Assembly (NCBI GenBank): GCA_021613535.1
Contig: CP075492.1
Coordinates: 6,324,001-6,388,000 of the forward strand
Source: Adineta vaga
Taxonomy: Eukaryota; Animalia; Rotifera
Direction of reading: 5' to 3'
DNA: 64,000 nucleotides
This document shows positions 12,109 to 25,900 of this stretch, one piece after another. The notes beneath the pieces were generated by a model, which saw only the letters and a program-made list of their open reading frames with translations, had not been told where the DNA came from and did no database searches. Every line of letters starts with the position of its first letter. Within the stretch, counting starts at the first letter, position 1. A program made the position numbers and the translations under genes.

Positions 12109-13409
12109 ATGCCATCTTTTCATTGTAATGATTTAGTCGTTCTAAAACGACATCGTATTCGATCTTCGACCAATGACGGACATATTATCTATGAAAATAC
12201 ACTTGAACAATCAAGTCCAGCACGAACATTATCAAAAAATCGTCGTGCAACACTTATCGGTATTCCACCAACATTAATCAATGCATCAAAAGAAAATCTA
12301 CAAAAGAAATTCACAGTTCAACCAACAGTTTTCTTCTACAATGAAGAAACATTTCAAGAAGCATGTTATCGATCCATTGAAGACATTCCATCCGTAACAG
12401 AAAATGAATGTCTATGGATTGACGTTACTGGTGTAAGTTCAAATGATGATTTATTTTTTTAATCTAAATCTTTTCTTTTATTTAGGTTCATGATCATGAT
12501 ATATTATCACGAATTGGTCTACGATTTAATATTCATCCATTAGTTGTTGCCGATATTGAAACAACTGAACAACGAACCAAATTAGATGTCTTTGAAGATG
12601 CACTATTTCTTGTTGGTAAAATGATTTATCCAGATAGTATTCAACAGATAACACATATCGAACAGATTAGTTTTTATTTAAAAGAAAATATTTTAATTAC
12701 ATTTCAAGAAAAACCGAAAGATATCTTTGAACCTATTAAAAGTTTGTTCTTTTACTAAAATGTTAATATTCGAATGTTTTTTTTCTTCTTTCTTATTCAT
12801 TTAGATCGAATTCGACAAAACAAAGGTCGAATTCGTCGATCAAAAATCGATTATTTATTTTATTCATTAGTTGATTCAATTGTTGATCGATATATGGATG
12901 TATTAGATATAATCGGTACGAAAGTCGAAGGAATTGATCATCAATTAATGAGAACATTATCCCGCGATACTTTGGAACAAATCTATGATTTAAAACGTGA
13001 AATGCTCTATTTTCGTCGTTCAATTTCACCATTAAAAGAAATTATCAATAAATTACATAAAGAAGAAGAAACACAAATCATGCAAGAAAGTACTTATATT
13101 TATTTGAAAGATTTATTCGATCATGTTGTTCAAGTTAATGATACAATTGATACTTACAGAGAAATGCTTTCGTCATTTATCGATTTCTATATGATGTTAA
13201 ATTCAAATGCAATGAATGAAGTTGTAAAAACATTAACAATTATTTCCACAATTTTCATACCATTAACATTTATCGTTGGAGTCTATGGAATGAATTTTGA
13301 TTTTATGCCAGAAATTCATTGGAAATATGGTTATTTTGTTGTACTTGGTTGTATGGTTCTACTAACATTAATTATGTTATCATGCTTTAAACGAAAAAAT
13401 TGGTTTTGA
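12109..13409 (+). CDS. corA: CorA Mg2+/Co2+ transporter of bacterial type; introns 12433-12485 and 12742-12804
   Basis: WIDVTGVHD, IHPLVVADI...QRTK, EQISF, KDLFDH, MNEVVKTLTIISTIFIPLTFIVGVYGMNF and MPEIHWKYGY; two C-terminal TM helices. Confidence 0.93.
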
Positions 13410-13643
13410 ATAAATATATCTGTTATTCATTGTTTCTATTCTATTTCTAATATTTTCAGAGAAAGAAAAAGCACATTTATTGCAATGCGTGGGCTTTAAC
13501 GCCTAAGATTATGATTTATTCACAGAATAAAATTGTCATGATCGGTAAATAGTGCTTATCATATGAGTCATTTGATTGATTTCAATATTCTTTCTCTATT
13601 GCTGGTTTATTGAAATAAAGAATAAGTAACAAAACAAAAAATT

Positions 13644-14222
13644 TCAATATTCAATTGTTTTAATTTCACCATTTTTCAAATTAATTTTTCTATTCTTTTC
13701 TTTGGGAAGTAATTCTTGTAACATTAAATTATGTGATATTATAAAGATATGTTTTTCTGATCGATTCATTAACCATTGTAGAAAACGTTTGGTTCGTTGT
13801 TGGATTTGTTTGGGTGAATAAATACTTTCTAAATCATTCTTTTCTAGCCATTCATTACCACCAAATGTGTCTTCAAATACATCGAATTCATTTAATAATG
13901 TGGGAAATTTTGTTTTTAAATCATTCAATGGACTACCAATATCACATGGTTCATTACATACTTCTTGAAGATCAGGATGAATAATTAATGGAATATTTCG
14001 TTGATTATTAAATACGAGTAGATAAGTTTGAAGTGTACGTATCAATGGAGAACAGACAACTAGATCAATCGATGAAATTGTTTGAATATTTTGAATGGCA
14101 TTTGTAGCTTGATTTTGACCAAGAGATGATAATTCAGGATCATGAATACTGAAGTTGTGTGGTGGTATATTGTGTAAGGCTTCGAAATGTCGCATGTAAT
14201 AAACAACTTTTTGTGTAGACAT
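13644..14222 (-). CDS. Histidine phosphatase / phosphoglycerate mutase-like protein, intronless
   Basis: RHFEALHN (variant of RHG), DPELSSLG..QA, VCSPLIRTLQT, LQE...PCDIGS and IFIISH. Confidence 0.88.
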   Translation of the reverse strand: MSTQKVVYYMRHFEALHNIPPHNFSIHDPELSSLGQNQATNAIQNIQTISSIDLVVCSPLIRTLQTYLLVFNNQRNIPLIIHPDLQEVCNEPCDIGSPLNDLKTKFPTLLNEFDVFEDTFGGNEWLEKNDLESIYSPKQIQQRTKRFLQWLMNRSEKHIFIISHNLMLQELLPKEKNRKINLKNGEIKTIEY

Positions 14223-14493
14223 TATTTATCAAACTGAAATGAAAAGGAAGATTTCATTCTTGTGAATCTTTTTGTTTCAAAGTGAATGAAAACGTGTCTA
14301 GTTTCTGATTTATTCATAAGGTTGATATACTCTCTCACCTATGATGATAAAATAACAAATGAATCTCATCTAGGCATTATATTCTATGACAAAATGGTTG
14401 TACATCAATATTTCGTATATCTGCGATGATACTTTGTGAATAATTAAAGAAAACATAAAATAAAAGAAATTTCGTAAGTTTATTTATATTCAA

Positions 14494-14691
14494 TTATCTT
14501 TTTTCATAAATAGTTCTTTGTTGATATAATATATTCATACAATCGAAAGCATTGATTAAATCAGTACATGTCATATGTGCTGGTAGTCGTCGAGATTTTC
14601 TCGCAAATGTATGAGCCAATTCAAGTAATTCTCGTGTTGTTTGTCGACAATATTTCTGTACAAAATCCATCGGAATAGTATTATCTGTCAT
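14494..14691 (-). CDS. Small 65-aa protein resembling histone-fold helices alpha2-L2-alpha3
   Basis: ATG-initiated ORF. RELLELAHTFARKSRR....TCTDLINAFDCMNI recalls the H4/TAF-type pattern A..Y..HA.R..vt..Dv..A. Confidence 0.45.
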   Translation of the reverse strand: MTDNTIPMDFVQKYCRQTTRELLELAHTFARKSRRLPAHMTCTDLINAFDCMNILYQQRTIYEKR

Positions 14692-15572
14692 AATTGAAAA
14701 AGAGAAAATTAAAAAGCTTTGCCTGCCTTTCTTCTTCTTTTTTTTTGTCCATTAAATATAGTTAAAATCCATTCATACAAAAATATGATAGATGTCGATG
14801 TGAATTGATATATTCGAATTCTCATTATTTTCTTGATATATATATCAAGTTTTTTGTTATTTCACTATAACGACAAGGATCAATTAGTTTTATTTTGAAC
14901 AACGAATATAGTTGACCTTATTGTTTTATCATCTAATTAGACATGTGAAAACTAATCGAAAAAGCAATTACCTATCTTTTCATGCATCTTATTTAATTTA
15001 CTGGCGAACAAAATAGCATGTGGAACCCTTCTGCTTCATTTTCTTTCGACGACAATAATTGATTGTTCCGGAATCAGAAAAGAACAGTCGAGAATAATGT
15101 TAGATTCTCTTTACGGCCATGAATTTCTCTATGCATTTTGATTGACAACTGATTAAAGAACGAAATTCCGTTGATTTATTTCCAACGAACGATTTTTTTT
15201 TCTTTTTTCAGCATTTACGTCATATCGAATAAATAGAAGACTTTCTTTCTCTTTTAATGTCTTCAATGACGTACATATATACCTAGACGAAAGTATCACG
15301 TTGGTTGCTTAACTTCGGGCATTAGACACTTGACAAAACGACGAATCTTTTTCTCTCAATACTACCTTCTTTCTTTTCCTTCTTCAATTTAAATTCCAAC
15401 ATAGAACAATCTTTCACTCCCTACTGATCAAAACAGGTAACCCGAAAGAATAAAGAACAAGAAAGAAATATGAATTGTAACTATGTTTGATGACGTCTAA
15501 CATATATTTGTACTTTAGATCTATCAACATATATAAATAGTGACGAATTTGTATTCAGTGAAGAAAACAATC

Positions 15573-16112
15573 ATGTCTGATCAACAGATTAATTTCACAC
15601 AATTATTGGATATATTTCAATTATTTGATACAAATAAAGATGGTGCAATAAGTTTCAATGAAGTATGTTCAAAGCAGTTGTCATTAGAAGAAAGTTCAGA
15701 TTCATTTTTCTGTTTTAAGCTTCGATCTGCTTGTCAAAAATTACAAATGCCAGTTGATAAAAAGAAACTAAAGGATTTATTTCAACATCGAGAAAATATA
15801 TCTTTCGATGAATTTTGTCGAATTATTCAAGATGCGGGGAGACATTCACATGATGCTTATTTTCAAGAAACATTTCGAGCATTCGATAAAAATTCCGATG
15901 GATTTATAACTGCGAAAGAAATAAAGAAAACGATGAAAGAACTTGGCGAAACATTAACAGATAAACAAGCACGTGATATGGTTAAAACAGCTGATTCAAA
16001 TGGTGATGGGAAATTATCAAAAGATGAATTTCGAATTTTATTTAATTATCTAACACAATTTACAATGTCACCATCAATATCAATCAGTTCTATCCAACAA
16101 GAACAAATATAA
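15573..16112 (+). CDS. Calmodulin-like EF-hand protein, one short coding intron starting at 15664
   Basis: EF loops DTNKDGAISFNE, DKNSDGFITAKE and DSNGDGKLSKDE; the second EF-hand is degenerate. Confidence 0.88.
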   Translation: MSDQQINFTQLLDIFQLFDTNKDGAISFNEVCSKQLSLEESSDSFFCFKLRSACQKLQMPVDKKKLKDLFQHRENISFDEFCRIIQDAGRHSHDAYFQETFRAFDKNSDGFITAKEIKKTMKELGETLTDKQARDMVKTADSNGDGKLSKDEFRILFNYLTQFTMSPSISISSIQQEQI

Positions 16113-16501
16113 ATATTCTTTTTTTCTTTCTTTTGTAAATATGTATAGAACGACATTAATATTGTCTATTGCACAAAAATATAAAATAGAAGAAATTGTG
16201 TTAAAGAATCAATTTGAAGATATTTACTTAAGATTATGTGATCAAATCGAATAACATCTAGTTAATTAATTTTGAGATTATCAAAGACAATTGAAGAGTA
16301 GTCAGTATCAATAATGAAAATGAATTGTTGTGTATTGAACGATTGAATGAAATGATCTAAAGTAAAGAAAGATGGTAATTTCTTAGAAGAAATTAATATG
16401 TAAAGAAAGAAACGTCAACTGAGAACTTTCGTTAAGGTGAAAAGTATTTCCTTCCTCGTTTGATACTGTGTCTCTAATATATCAAAAGTATCAAACTATA
16501 C

Positions 16502-19500
16502 CTTAACTAAATCGTTCGTTCTCCATTCGATACAATGTCTTCGACATATCCGCCTTGATACAGGCTTTGGTAATGAAGGTTCAATTGATTGACATTCACT
16601 GATGTTGACTCTTTTCCGTGGCATTTGACGAGTATAACATTGAATATCAGTGCCGTATTCAATACCAAAACCACATCGAACTGAACACTAAAATAGATCT
16701 TGAACCATCGAGTCTATATCCATGTCAAAACTTACACCATGCCATTCCCCGATATGCCATTCTAAACATTCCGGTATTGGACAGATTCGATTTGCTAGTG
16801 GAGGAGAAGATTGAATACGTTTGCATTCAGATATCGCTGGTATCCTTTCTCGATGTATTAAATCAACACATTCAATGGTTCGTGTTTGTGAACAAGTTTG
16901 TAGATCACACTACGAATAGATCAAATTTGATCAAATCTTCTTGTGAAAAATAAAAAATTACCTCTGTCCAGTCGCTTACTACCCAACTTGACGTAGTATT
17001 TTCACAAGCATTCATATGACATTCTTGAACTACCGTTGGTTGATTGAGGTCATCACATTCTTCTATATTTACTGTTTCATTCTGATTTTTACACCAAATC
17101 GAACGATTTTGATTTCCAATTCCACATGTAACTGAACACTAGTTAACAAAATCAACAGGTAAAATCTTTCAAAACTATAAATACTTACATCTGACCATAA
17201 TCCTACTGTCCACTGAGGACAGTAATCCTCTTCATCACATGCTTCTGTAAGTGAAGGCTTAGTATCATATATCTTTAAACAATAAATATCATCAACTTTA
17301 AATCCATCATGTAAACACCATAGACGTCGATTACGTTTAGCTAATCCACATTTACCAGAACAATTATTCCATGTACTTAATTGCCAATGAGGACATTCTG
17401 TTAGTGAACAATTCTGTTGTTTATCTGGTTTACTAGTTTCACCAAGAACAATTTTACATTCATTGTCAGAAACAGGAAATGTTGGACGTAATCGATCGTA
17501 ACAATAAACTTGACGTTGCTGAACACCCCAATCACATGTAACTGAACACTGAAAAAGAAACAAAAGGTCATCATCACTAAAATTCCTATATTAATCTATA
17601 TTTACAGTTGACCATTGACTAGTAAACCATGTTAAACAGGTAACATTGTTTATACATGATTCTTGTTCAATTGGCTTCAATTCTTGATTACATAAATCAT
17701 CTTGAACGATTGAATTATTATAAGAACACATTACGCGACGATAACGAACACCGTCTTGTAATGAACATATCGCTTGGCACTAGATTCAGAAAGTTATAAT
17801 AATCCAAGAAAGTAAACACTAAACACTTACTGGTTGCCATGATTCTGTTAACCAATATGATTTCGGACAATCATTTACACATGAAATCGTTTCCGAAGGT
17901 TTAGGTTCATGTCGACAATCATATTCATTTACTTCTTCACCATTATATCGACATGAAACATTTCGTGAACGAAGTTTTGAAGTACAATCACACTAAAATA
18001 GAACAATGATGATACAATACATATGTATGGTAGATGAAAGTAAGACTATTTGAAAAAGATAATTAATCGAAAAGAAATCAAACATACTTCCGACCATGTT
18101 GTAAAATTCCATTGAGATAACTGACAATCCATTTGTGCACATTGTTCAACATTCAATAAAAATTCTGCATTACAATTCTCATCTGCTACTGTTAACCCAC
18201 TTGAATTTCGGCATTCAGCTAAACGCTTTCGTACACAATTTCCATCATCATGACACTACAAAATATACCATAGAGTTTTTTTCTTCACATCTAGAAATCA
18301 TAACTGACCGCACTCCAATCTCCATAAACCCAACCTATTTCATTACAATTTCCAATACATGCAACGATTTCTTTCGGTTTTTCACCCACATATTTTCTAC
18401 AAACTTCTTCATCAATTGATTCGATAAAAGAACTACTTTTTGTACATTGAAATAACACACGTTTATATCCATCACCACACCGTGTCGAACATATCTGTTG
18501 ATATTTCGCTGTCCAACTTAAAACACAATGATCATTACATCGTTCCATTTGATGCACAAATGGTAATTTGAAAATTAAACAATATATTGAATCATAATCT
18601 GTTTCATGTATTAAACATTTTTTAACTTGTTTCGAACCTTGACATGGTCGATCACAATGATAATCAATTGATTGATATTGATAATGTCGAACAAAATCAT
18701 CTTCATCATATGGTGTATAATATTCCCAATAGACTTGCGTTATCGATGGACTCGATTGATAAAGTGAAATCACTTGAATTTCTAATGGAACTTGAAGACG
18801 ACCAGTAATCAGTATACTTTCATTACTAGAACTAAATCCATTGTAGGATAATTTCGAATTCTCAATATGAAATTGACTATTATACAATTGTAAACTATGC
18901 AAACCATTAAGAACATATGTACCATTAGAATATCGAATAGCTAGATAATATCGATCAACATTTTCTGATATTTGTGTCACACTAACACGAGTTGTATTCA
19001 CTGGAATATCAACAATATGTGTTATTCCTTTGAAATAAGAATCAAATGAATAGTTAATCAAAAGAATTTGAATTCAATGACAAACCAATTTCTGATATCA
19101 TTTTTTGTCCATGAATTAATTTACATGTACGATTTTGTCCATTACAAACTCCACAAACATCTTCTGTTGCATTTGATCCATATTTATTATCACATCCAAT
19201 AGGCATACAAATACCATTGATGCAAATATCTCGAGTTTCATCTTCACGTCCACATGGTGTGCCATCTTCAACACGATCACTGAAGATAAATGATCGTTCC
19301 AAATAATCATCAGATACTTTACAGATTAATTTACATCGTTCAGATGGTAATACTAAATTTGAAAAAGTTAGAAAAGACAATAATACGATTGATTCATACA
19401 CACCATTGTATTTTGGTTCAAAGCGTACACCGCTCGGTAAAGATAGATCGATAGTTTGATTTTCATATGTAGAACATTGACGATGACGAAACATATCAAT

Positions 19501-22108
19501 TGAATCTTCACAAGACTAGAAAAAAAGAAAGAAATCCCATATTAAATAAAAAATGTATAATTTGTTATACTGGATTATCTTCACAAGTTCGTATTTGAGT
19601 TGATGGACCAGAACAATACTGGCCACCATTGTGCGGTCTAAAACAGAACATTCTATTCATAATCTTCAATTTGAATTCTTACTTTGGACTATCACAAAAT
19701 CGTTGTGATTTTTGTATTGCACTTCCACATGTTCGTGTACACGATGACCAAGGTGACCATTCACCCCAATTACCATTGATTGCTAATAAATCATCCGTAC
19801 TTCGACATTGACCATGAAAACAACGCTAAAACTCATCAATTTCCAAATATCTATTCAATTTCATTTACTTTACTTTAATATCTAATTGTGATTCAGAACA
19901 AAGAGTACCATCGGACCAATGTGCATGATTTGTTATACATGATGAAGAATAAATTGATACTTGACGACAATACAGACGAGCACATTTTGGCTGTAAAGAG
20001 AAAAGATTTCATCCAATAAACAAAAAGAAATAATCTACTTACACCATGAGTTAAATCTTTACAATATTCAAATTCAATTCCAAAAGCTCGTCGACATTGA
20101 TTATCAAGATCATTGAAACGGCCAGGTAATTCTCGAACTTGTTGTTCATTATTTAAACCTTCAATCGATGATGATTTATCATCAGGGATATTATTCAAAC
20201 ATGGATATCGATTTGACCTTGAAATACAAAGAATAAAAAATTCGTTCATAATCAATCTGTATTATTCTATAGGAAACAAAAGGACTAACTCGAGATATTG
20301 TGTAAAATAAAATCGACTACAATTTGACCATTTGTAATGATTATGATTAAAAATCAATGAAGTTGCCATTAAATTTTGTTCTTTATTAAAATTTCGACAA
20401 ACTTTATCATTATCATGACGAATACCAAATCTATTCGAAAATAAATAGCTATGTACATTTCATCTCAAATTTTTCTCATTTTCCTACAAATGTGCGATTT
20501 CATGAGCTATTGTAAATGCTGTTGCAAAACCATTATCACGTACAACTGCACAATTCGATGTTAAATTACACATTGTTCCTAATTCTGTTATACCCAATGT
20601 ATCACATTTATTTTCCGTATTATTTCTTGTACGTGTATGACACAAAGGTATTCTAAATATCAAGAAAAATATTTGAACAAAATTTTTTGAATAATTTCTA
20701 CCTGGTAAGAAGAATAGCAGCATCATATGTTCCCGGAGTATTATAATCGGTTTGCCATTGACAAAATTGACGTAATATATTAGCAGCATCATCGTTTGGT
20801 TTGATTCGATCCTTCAAATTAAATGAAAAGTGATTTTTTTTCATTTTGATGTATATGATCACTTACACTAAGATCTTCTCCTAATTCAACTAATTTAACC
20901 AACCAAATTTTAATATTATTACCAATACTTTCGTCGGAATACAGATGTGAAACCTAAATCAAAATGATAATTCCAATGATCTTCGTTTTCCTTACAACTT
21001 ACATAACTGAATAATGTTAGAATATATGATTTCACATCAATATCAGCATGAAATTCTTTTAGTGAATTATCATAAGCAAGAAGAATTTCGACATGTTTTG
21101 CCATTTTATCAAAACTAAGTTTACGTCTTCTTCGTATCGTTGAATTTTGTAATTGATTCAAGTGAAGATCATTTATTTTTTCAAAATAATGATTATCTAC
21201 AAATGAAAACTGTTATCATTGAAAAGCAAAAGCATTAATTTACCATGTACACGACAATGACTTGTTTGTTTTAGTATTGATCGTTTAGGACTATGTGTAT
21301 ATAAGAAATGTTCAAAATTCCATGTCGTATTCTCTGTATGTGGTTTCGGTTCGATAAAATATTCTGTATTATTATAAATGAATGTTCCAAACTAGATTCA
21401 ATCATCATCAAACGCTCTGAAAGAATCAAATTTATGTTTTTATCACTTACTAAACCATGACATAAACTAATTGATACAATTGATAGATGATTATCATTAA
21501 CATGTCCTTTATAAAAACAATGTTTTATATTTCGATTAATCCATGTTTGACTATGATTGAAATATTGTGTAAAAAACGTTGGTGAAAGAAATGTTGTATC
21601 TTTTCTTAATGATAAATCAAATCGTTGATTGAAACCATCAATTCGATAGGAAAGTTGTTTATCAATTGAACGTTTTCGTGAATGAATTCTCTTTGGAATG
21701 ATTATTTCATAATCAAATTGTTCATTTTCATCTGTACCTAAAAGAAAATAATATGTCTACTTTCCTTGAAATTCGAGATGATTTTATAAAATCATTTCTA
21801 GGCACGTCTTTGATATGATATCTATATGTATACAAAACTAACCTCGAACATTTATGATAGGACTATTTATTTATATTATCAAATGATTTACAAGGATGTC
21901 TCGATATTATTGGAAATCATCAATACTTGAGCTTTAATGTATGTTTCTCTTCAATTCTATTAGTCCGTTATTTTCTACAAAAAATTGAACATTCTCTCGT
22001 AAAATAAGATGTTAAGGATAGTCTTTATAACTTACTCAATGTTGAACTTGTTTGTAATAATAGGAAAGATGAAATACTGAATAAGTTAATTAAAGTAAAA
22101 GTCTTCAT
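16502..22108 (-). CDS. ADAMTS metalloprotease (ADAMTS9/20/GON-1-like), many exons; last exon uncertain and may extend to about 16380
   Basis: Signal peptide MKTFTLINLF at 22108, prodomain, furin site RRRRK, zinc motif HEIAHLFGIRHD across an intron, disintegrin-like domain, TSP1 WGEWSPWSSCTRTCG, Cys-rich EDVCGVCNG, spacer and multiple C-terminal TSP1 repeats. Confidence 0.92.
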
Positions 22109-22208
22109 GTGAATATCGAATAAACTGATTCTTAGAGAACAGTGTTATTATGACAACTCTGATGGCATATTGACATTTATAAAGAAGAATAAACTGCAAA
22201 AGAACAAG

Positions 22209-22256
22209 CGAGAGAGTGAGAGAGAGAGAGGGGGGCGAGGAAGAGAAGAGGAAGAA
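22209..22256. repeat. GA-rich simple repeat / purine tract upstream of ADAMTS
   Basis: gagagagtgagagagagagaggggg followed by gaagag units, about 100 bp upstream of the ADAMTS ATG. Confidence 0.7.
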
Positions 22257-22923
22257 AAGTCTCTTCTTAACATATAGAAATAGGTACTATTTAACTGATT
22301 TAATCATTCAATGTTTTCGAATAGAAAAATAGTTCAACCGAAAGGATCTTTTCTTCTAAACTTGGGTACTCATCATTCGATTGAAAATATTCATATAGCA
22401 TATGTAATAAAATTAGTTCAAGTATAATTCTCGAGATCCTTCTAAAACTCTTCGAACACTGTTTTTGGCAATTGATGTCTATTATTTGAACAATTCTTTC
22501 TATAAATTTCGTTGCATTTTTATTTGTTTTGTTCTTTGATGCAACCAAATACACAATTGTAAAAAATATAGAAAGAATGAACGCAGCCAAACAATTGAAT
22601 ACATATTCATATACTCACAAAAAGAAGAGAAAAAAATGAAAAGGAAAAACGCACGATTCTTCGTGATAAGATAAGAAGAAGAAAAAAAGAGAAAAGAAAA
22701 CTCATGAATTATTATATATACATGAAAAAGAAAAATTATTTTTGATTTTCTATATTGATGTAGAGGTAATAAATGAGAAGAGAAAAAAACGAAAGAGAGA
22801 TTTGTTTCTTTATATGTCTAGTCTACACAAAGAAATTGAGCAACAAAAATATTTCTAAACAATCCCAAAAATGAATATAAATAGATGAATTTTTTCGTAT
22901 GTCTGCTTTCTTTTTCTTCCTGA

Positions 22924-25900
22924 TTAAGCATTGTCGAGATTATTATTATCATCATCGAGACCGCCAGCATATAGATCAGCTAGTCGAGAAAATTTTGGTC
23001 CCCAGGAATAAAGAAATCGAAAATCATGTTCATCTTGATAATGTGTCGATTCAAGTGAACTTAAATCTGATGCAATTGAACCTTCACCTTCATATCGGTA
23101 ATGTAATTGAGTATCATTAGCATATGAAACGATTTGTTGTTCCGTTAATTTTTCATCAATATATTCACCAAGTGCTGGACGACGATTGATAATCGTTTCA
23201 GTATAAGCTTGAAAGAAAAATTACAAGAATAAATATCTTTCATTTGTTGAAGAAGTATATTTACCTATATTATGCATTCCATTTCGAGCACCATTGGCAA
23301 GAATTTCTTCATCACTTAATGCATAAACAGGTTTCTTCAATACACCAAGATTGTATGTTGAATGATCTTCTTCTCCAGCTGTTTCTCTAGAAACATGAAA
23401 AAAATTGATCATAGAAAACGAGTTATTCATTCAAAGAATAGAAATCTTACTTATAATCAATAATATTATCTCTTGTATCATCTGGATATAATCCTGCTAA
23501 AGTCTTCTGTTGTTGTCTTCGTCGTATACATGTTAATAATCCTAATGCAATGATCGTTGCTAATAATAATAGAACTAATGCAATAATCAACCATGTATAC
23601 CAAGGTACAATTATATCCGTTGCTCTTGATAATATTGTCGTTGTACAAGAATTTGTCAATGCACATGGACATTGTCCAATATCAGAATTAGCTGATGTTA
23701 AAGCTGAATTCATATCCAAATAATATCCATTTGACATGACATTTCTTATACATCCACTAAATGTATTGACTTGTGTTAAACTTGGATAAAGGCCCGATAT
23801 TAATGAACCTGTAACTGGTAAACCGCCAAGATATAATTGAACATTAGATAAATCATATGTATTTAATGTTGAATTAAAACCTTGTAATACATATTGACAA
23901 TCATTAACTGTTACAAGAATCAATGAATCAACATACTACAAAGAAAAAGAATTGGAAATGATGAGTTTTAAATGAAAGAACACATACTTGATATTCAACG
24001 TGATACCATGTTGATGCATTGATAACTGTATTTGTTGCATCGAGTGTTCTATCACGAAAATGAAATCTTAATCTTGATTGATAGATTTCAACAGCTGTCC
24101 AAAAGAAATCATTGACATCTGTTGTATTACGTCCATACAAGAAAATTAAACCATCGACTAATGGTGATCGTGCAGCAAAATCAAATGAAAAACGTGTTGG
24201 AGCACGATTTGAAAAATACATTCCATCAAACACAGCATATCCACCACCATTCTCACGAAATGTTCTTCCAAGAACTTGACAATAAGGACCAAGTGGAGCA
24301 TAAGCTTGTAATGAGGTGCATGGACAATAAGTTAAATTATTGAATGAATATGTTGTACAACCAGCTTGTGTGTTAGTAAAATTAAGTGAATAAGTAGAAT
24401 TGACACAATCAGCAGAATCAACGACATTAATACCAACAAAGGATGTTTGATTTGTATCAATAGCATATGGTAATGGTTGAATAGTTCGTGTTGGACGACA
24501 AACAGTATCTGAAAAACAGAAGATATTCTCTAAATTGAATTCAGTTTTTTTTAGAAATAATTCTTACCAGTAGGACAAACATAATTTGTACATGGATTTG
24601 GTCCACTAGCATTTGCTGTAATACCATAACTCGATGAAAATCGAGCAAGATTAGTATTAATAGTATTTTCAATATCACTTTTAGCTAAGGAAGATATATA
24701 AAAAACAACATCTGTTAATGCTTGTTGTTTTGCTTGATCAAATGGTAAAGGTGGATAATATGGACTACGATACTGAAAAACAGGACGAATGGCAAGAATA
24801 TTGATAGAATCAGCAGTGACAAGTAAAATTGATGCCAAAGCATTTCGAAGAACAGTCAAACGATTACCAAGTGTTGGATCGATTAATGTTTCAGGATATT
24901 CACCTAGGAAAAACAAAAATAGAGCTTTTTAACTAGAAATTGATTCGAAATATTACCTTGAATACGAATAGTTGCTGCTTGTCGAACCCATTCAGTATCA
25001 ACACTTTGAACTCCGAGTTCAACTGTACCGACAGCTGAAGAAGGTACATTTGGTTTTGTTACATCCACTATTACGGTCGATGTTCCTGGATAAAGTGCAT
25101 CCGGTGTTCTTAAATATCCTTGTGTTGCCGTAAACGATTGTCCATTACTAGAAGATCTAACAGAATATGTTCTACTAGCTCGAAACCAATCATCTGGATC
25201 ATTAACATAAATTGAACCAAGTGCAACATTTCGTAATGAATTTATATAACCATTAGCATAAATAACACTAATCGTTTTATAACCATTGGAAATCGGATAG
25301 TTATTTAAAACATCTCCAACAATAATTGGAATTGTTGATATTGCTGAGAAACCTTTGTTATCACTGGCATTAAATGTGACCGTTAAATTTTTTGTAACAG
25401 TTCGATTTAAAACACCATTGTAGGTTAATCGATATGAACCATTATAATTCAAAGTTGGTCCAGATAACGAAAATGTTGATGGAGATAAAATCTGTACTTG
25501 AAAAGGTACAGTATTATTCTGTGCTGGATCATCATAATCAGTAAATATCACTGTAGTACTTGGATTTACAACACCTTCCGTTAAAATCCATGGTGGATTC
25601 TAAATATCAAAAAGATTTTTTCGTAAAAAAGAGAAACTGTTTATTCCTAAGCAAACTTCTTACTGTTGGTATTGGCGCATTATTATTTGTATCGATGACT
25701 GTGATACTAACTGGTGCATAACTTGAAACACCTAATCCACCTTCATCAGTAACACGTATGGTAAAATTATAGATTGGAGCACCAAATGGTAAATCACGAG
25801 AAAGACCCGGTGATGCTATGCCAATAGTTGTCTGATTACTTGCTTGATTTAGATATAGGCTATTGAGATTCAATTGATTACTTTGAGTAACAATAGCATA

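Noticed and set aside
21840-21975. Apparent extra ADAMTS exon bounded by AG/GT
   Set aside because: Stops occur in the required frame; direct splicing from exon 1 to about 21738 gives an open prodomain.
22300-22590. 96-aa ORF with hydrophobic N-terminus
   Set aside because: Non-ATG start, lies in the cadherin 3' flank, and has no family motif.
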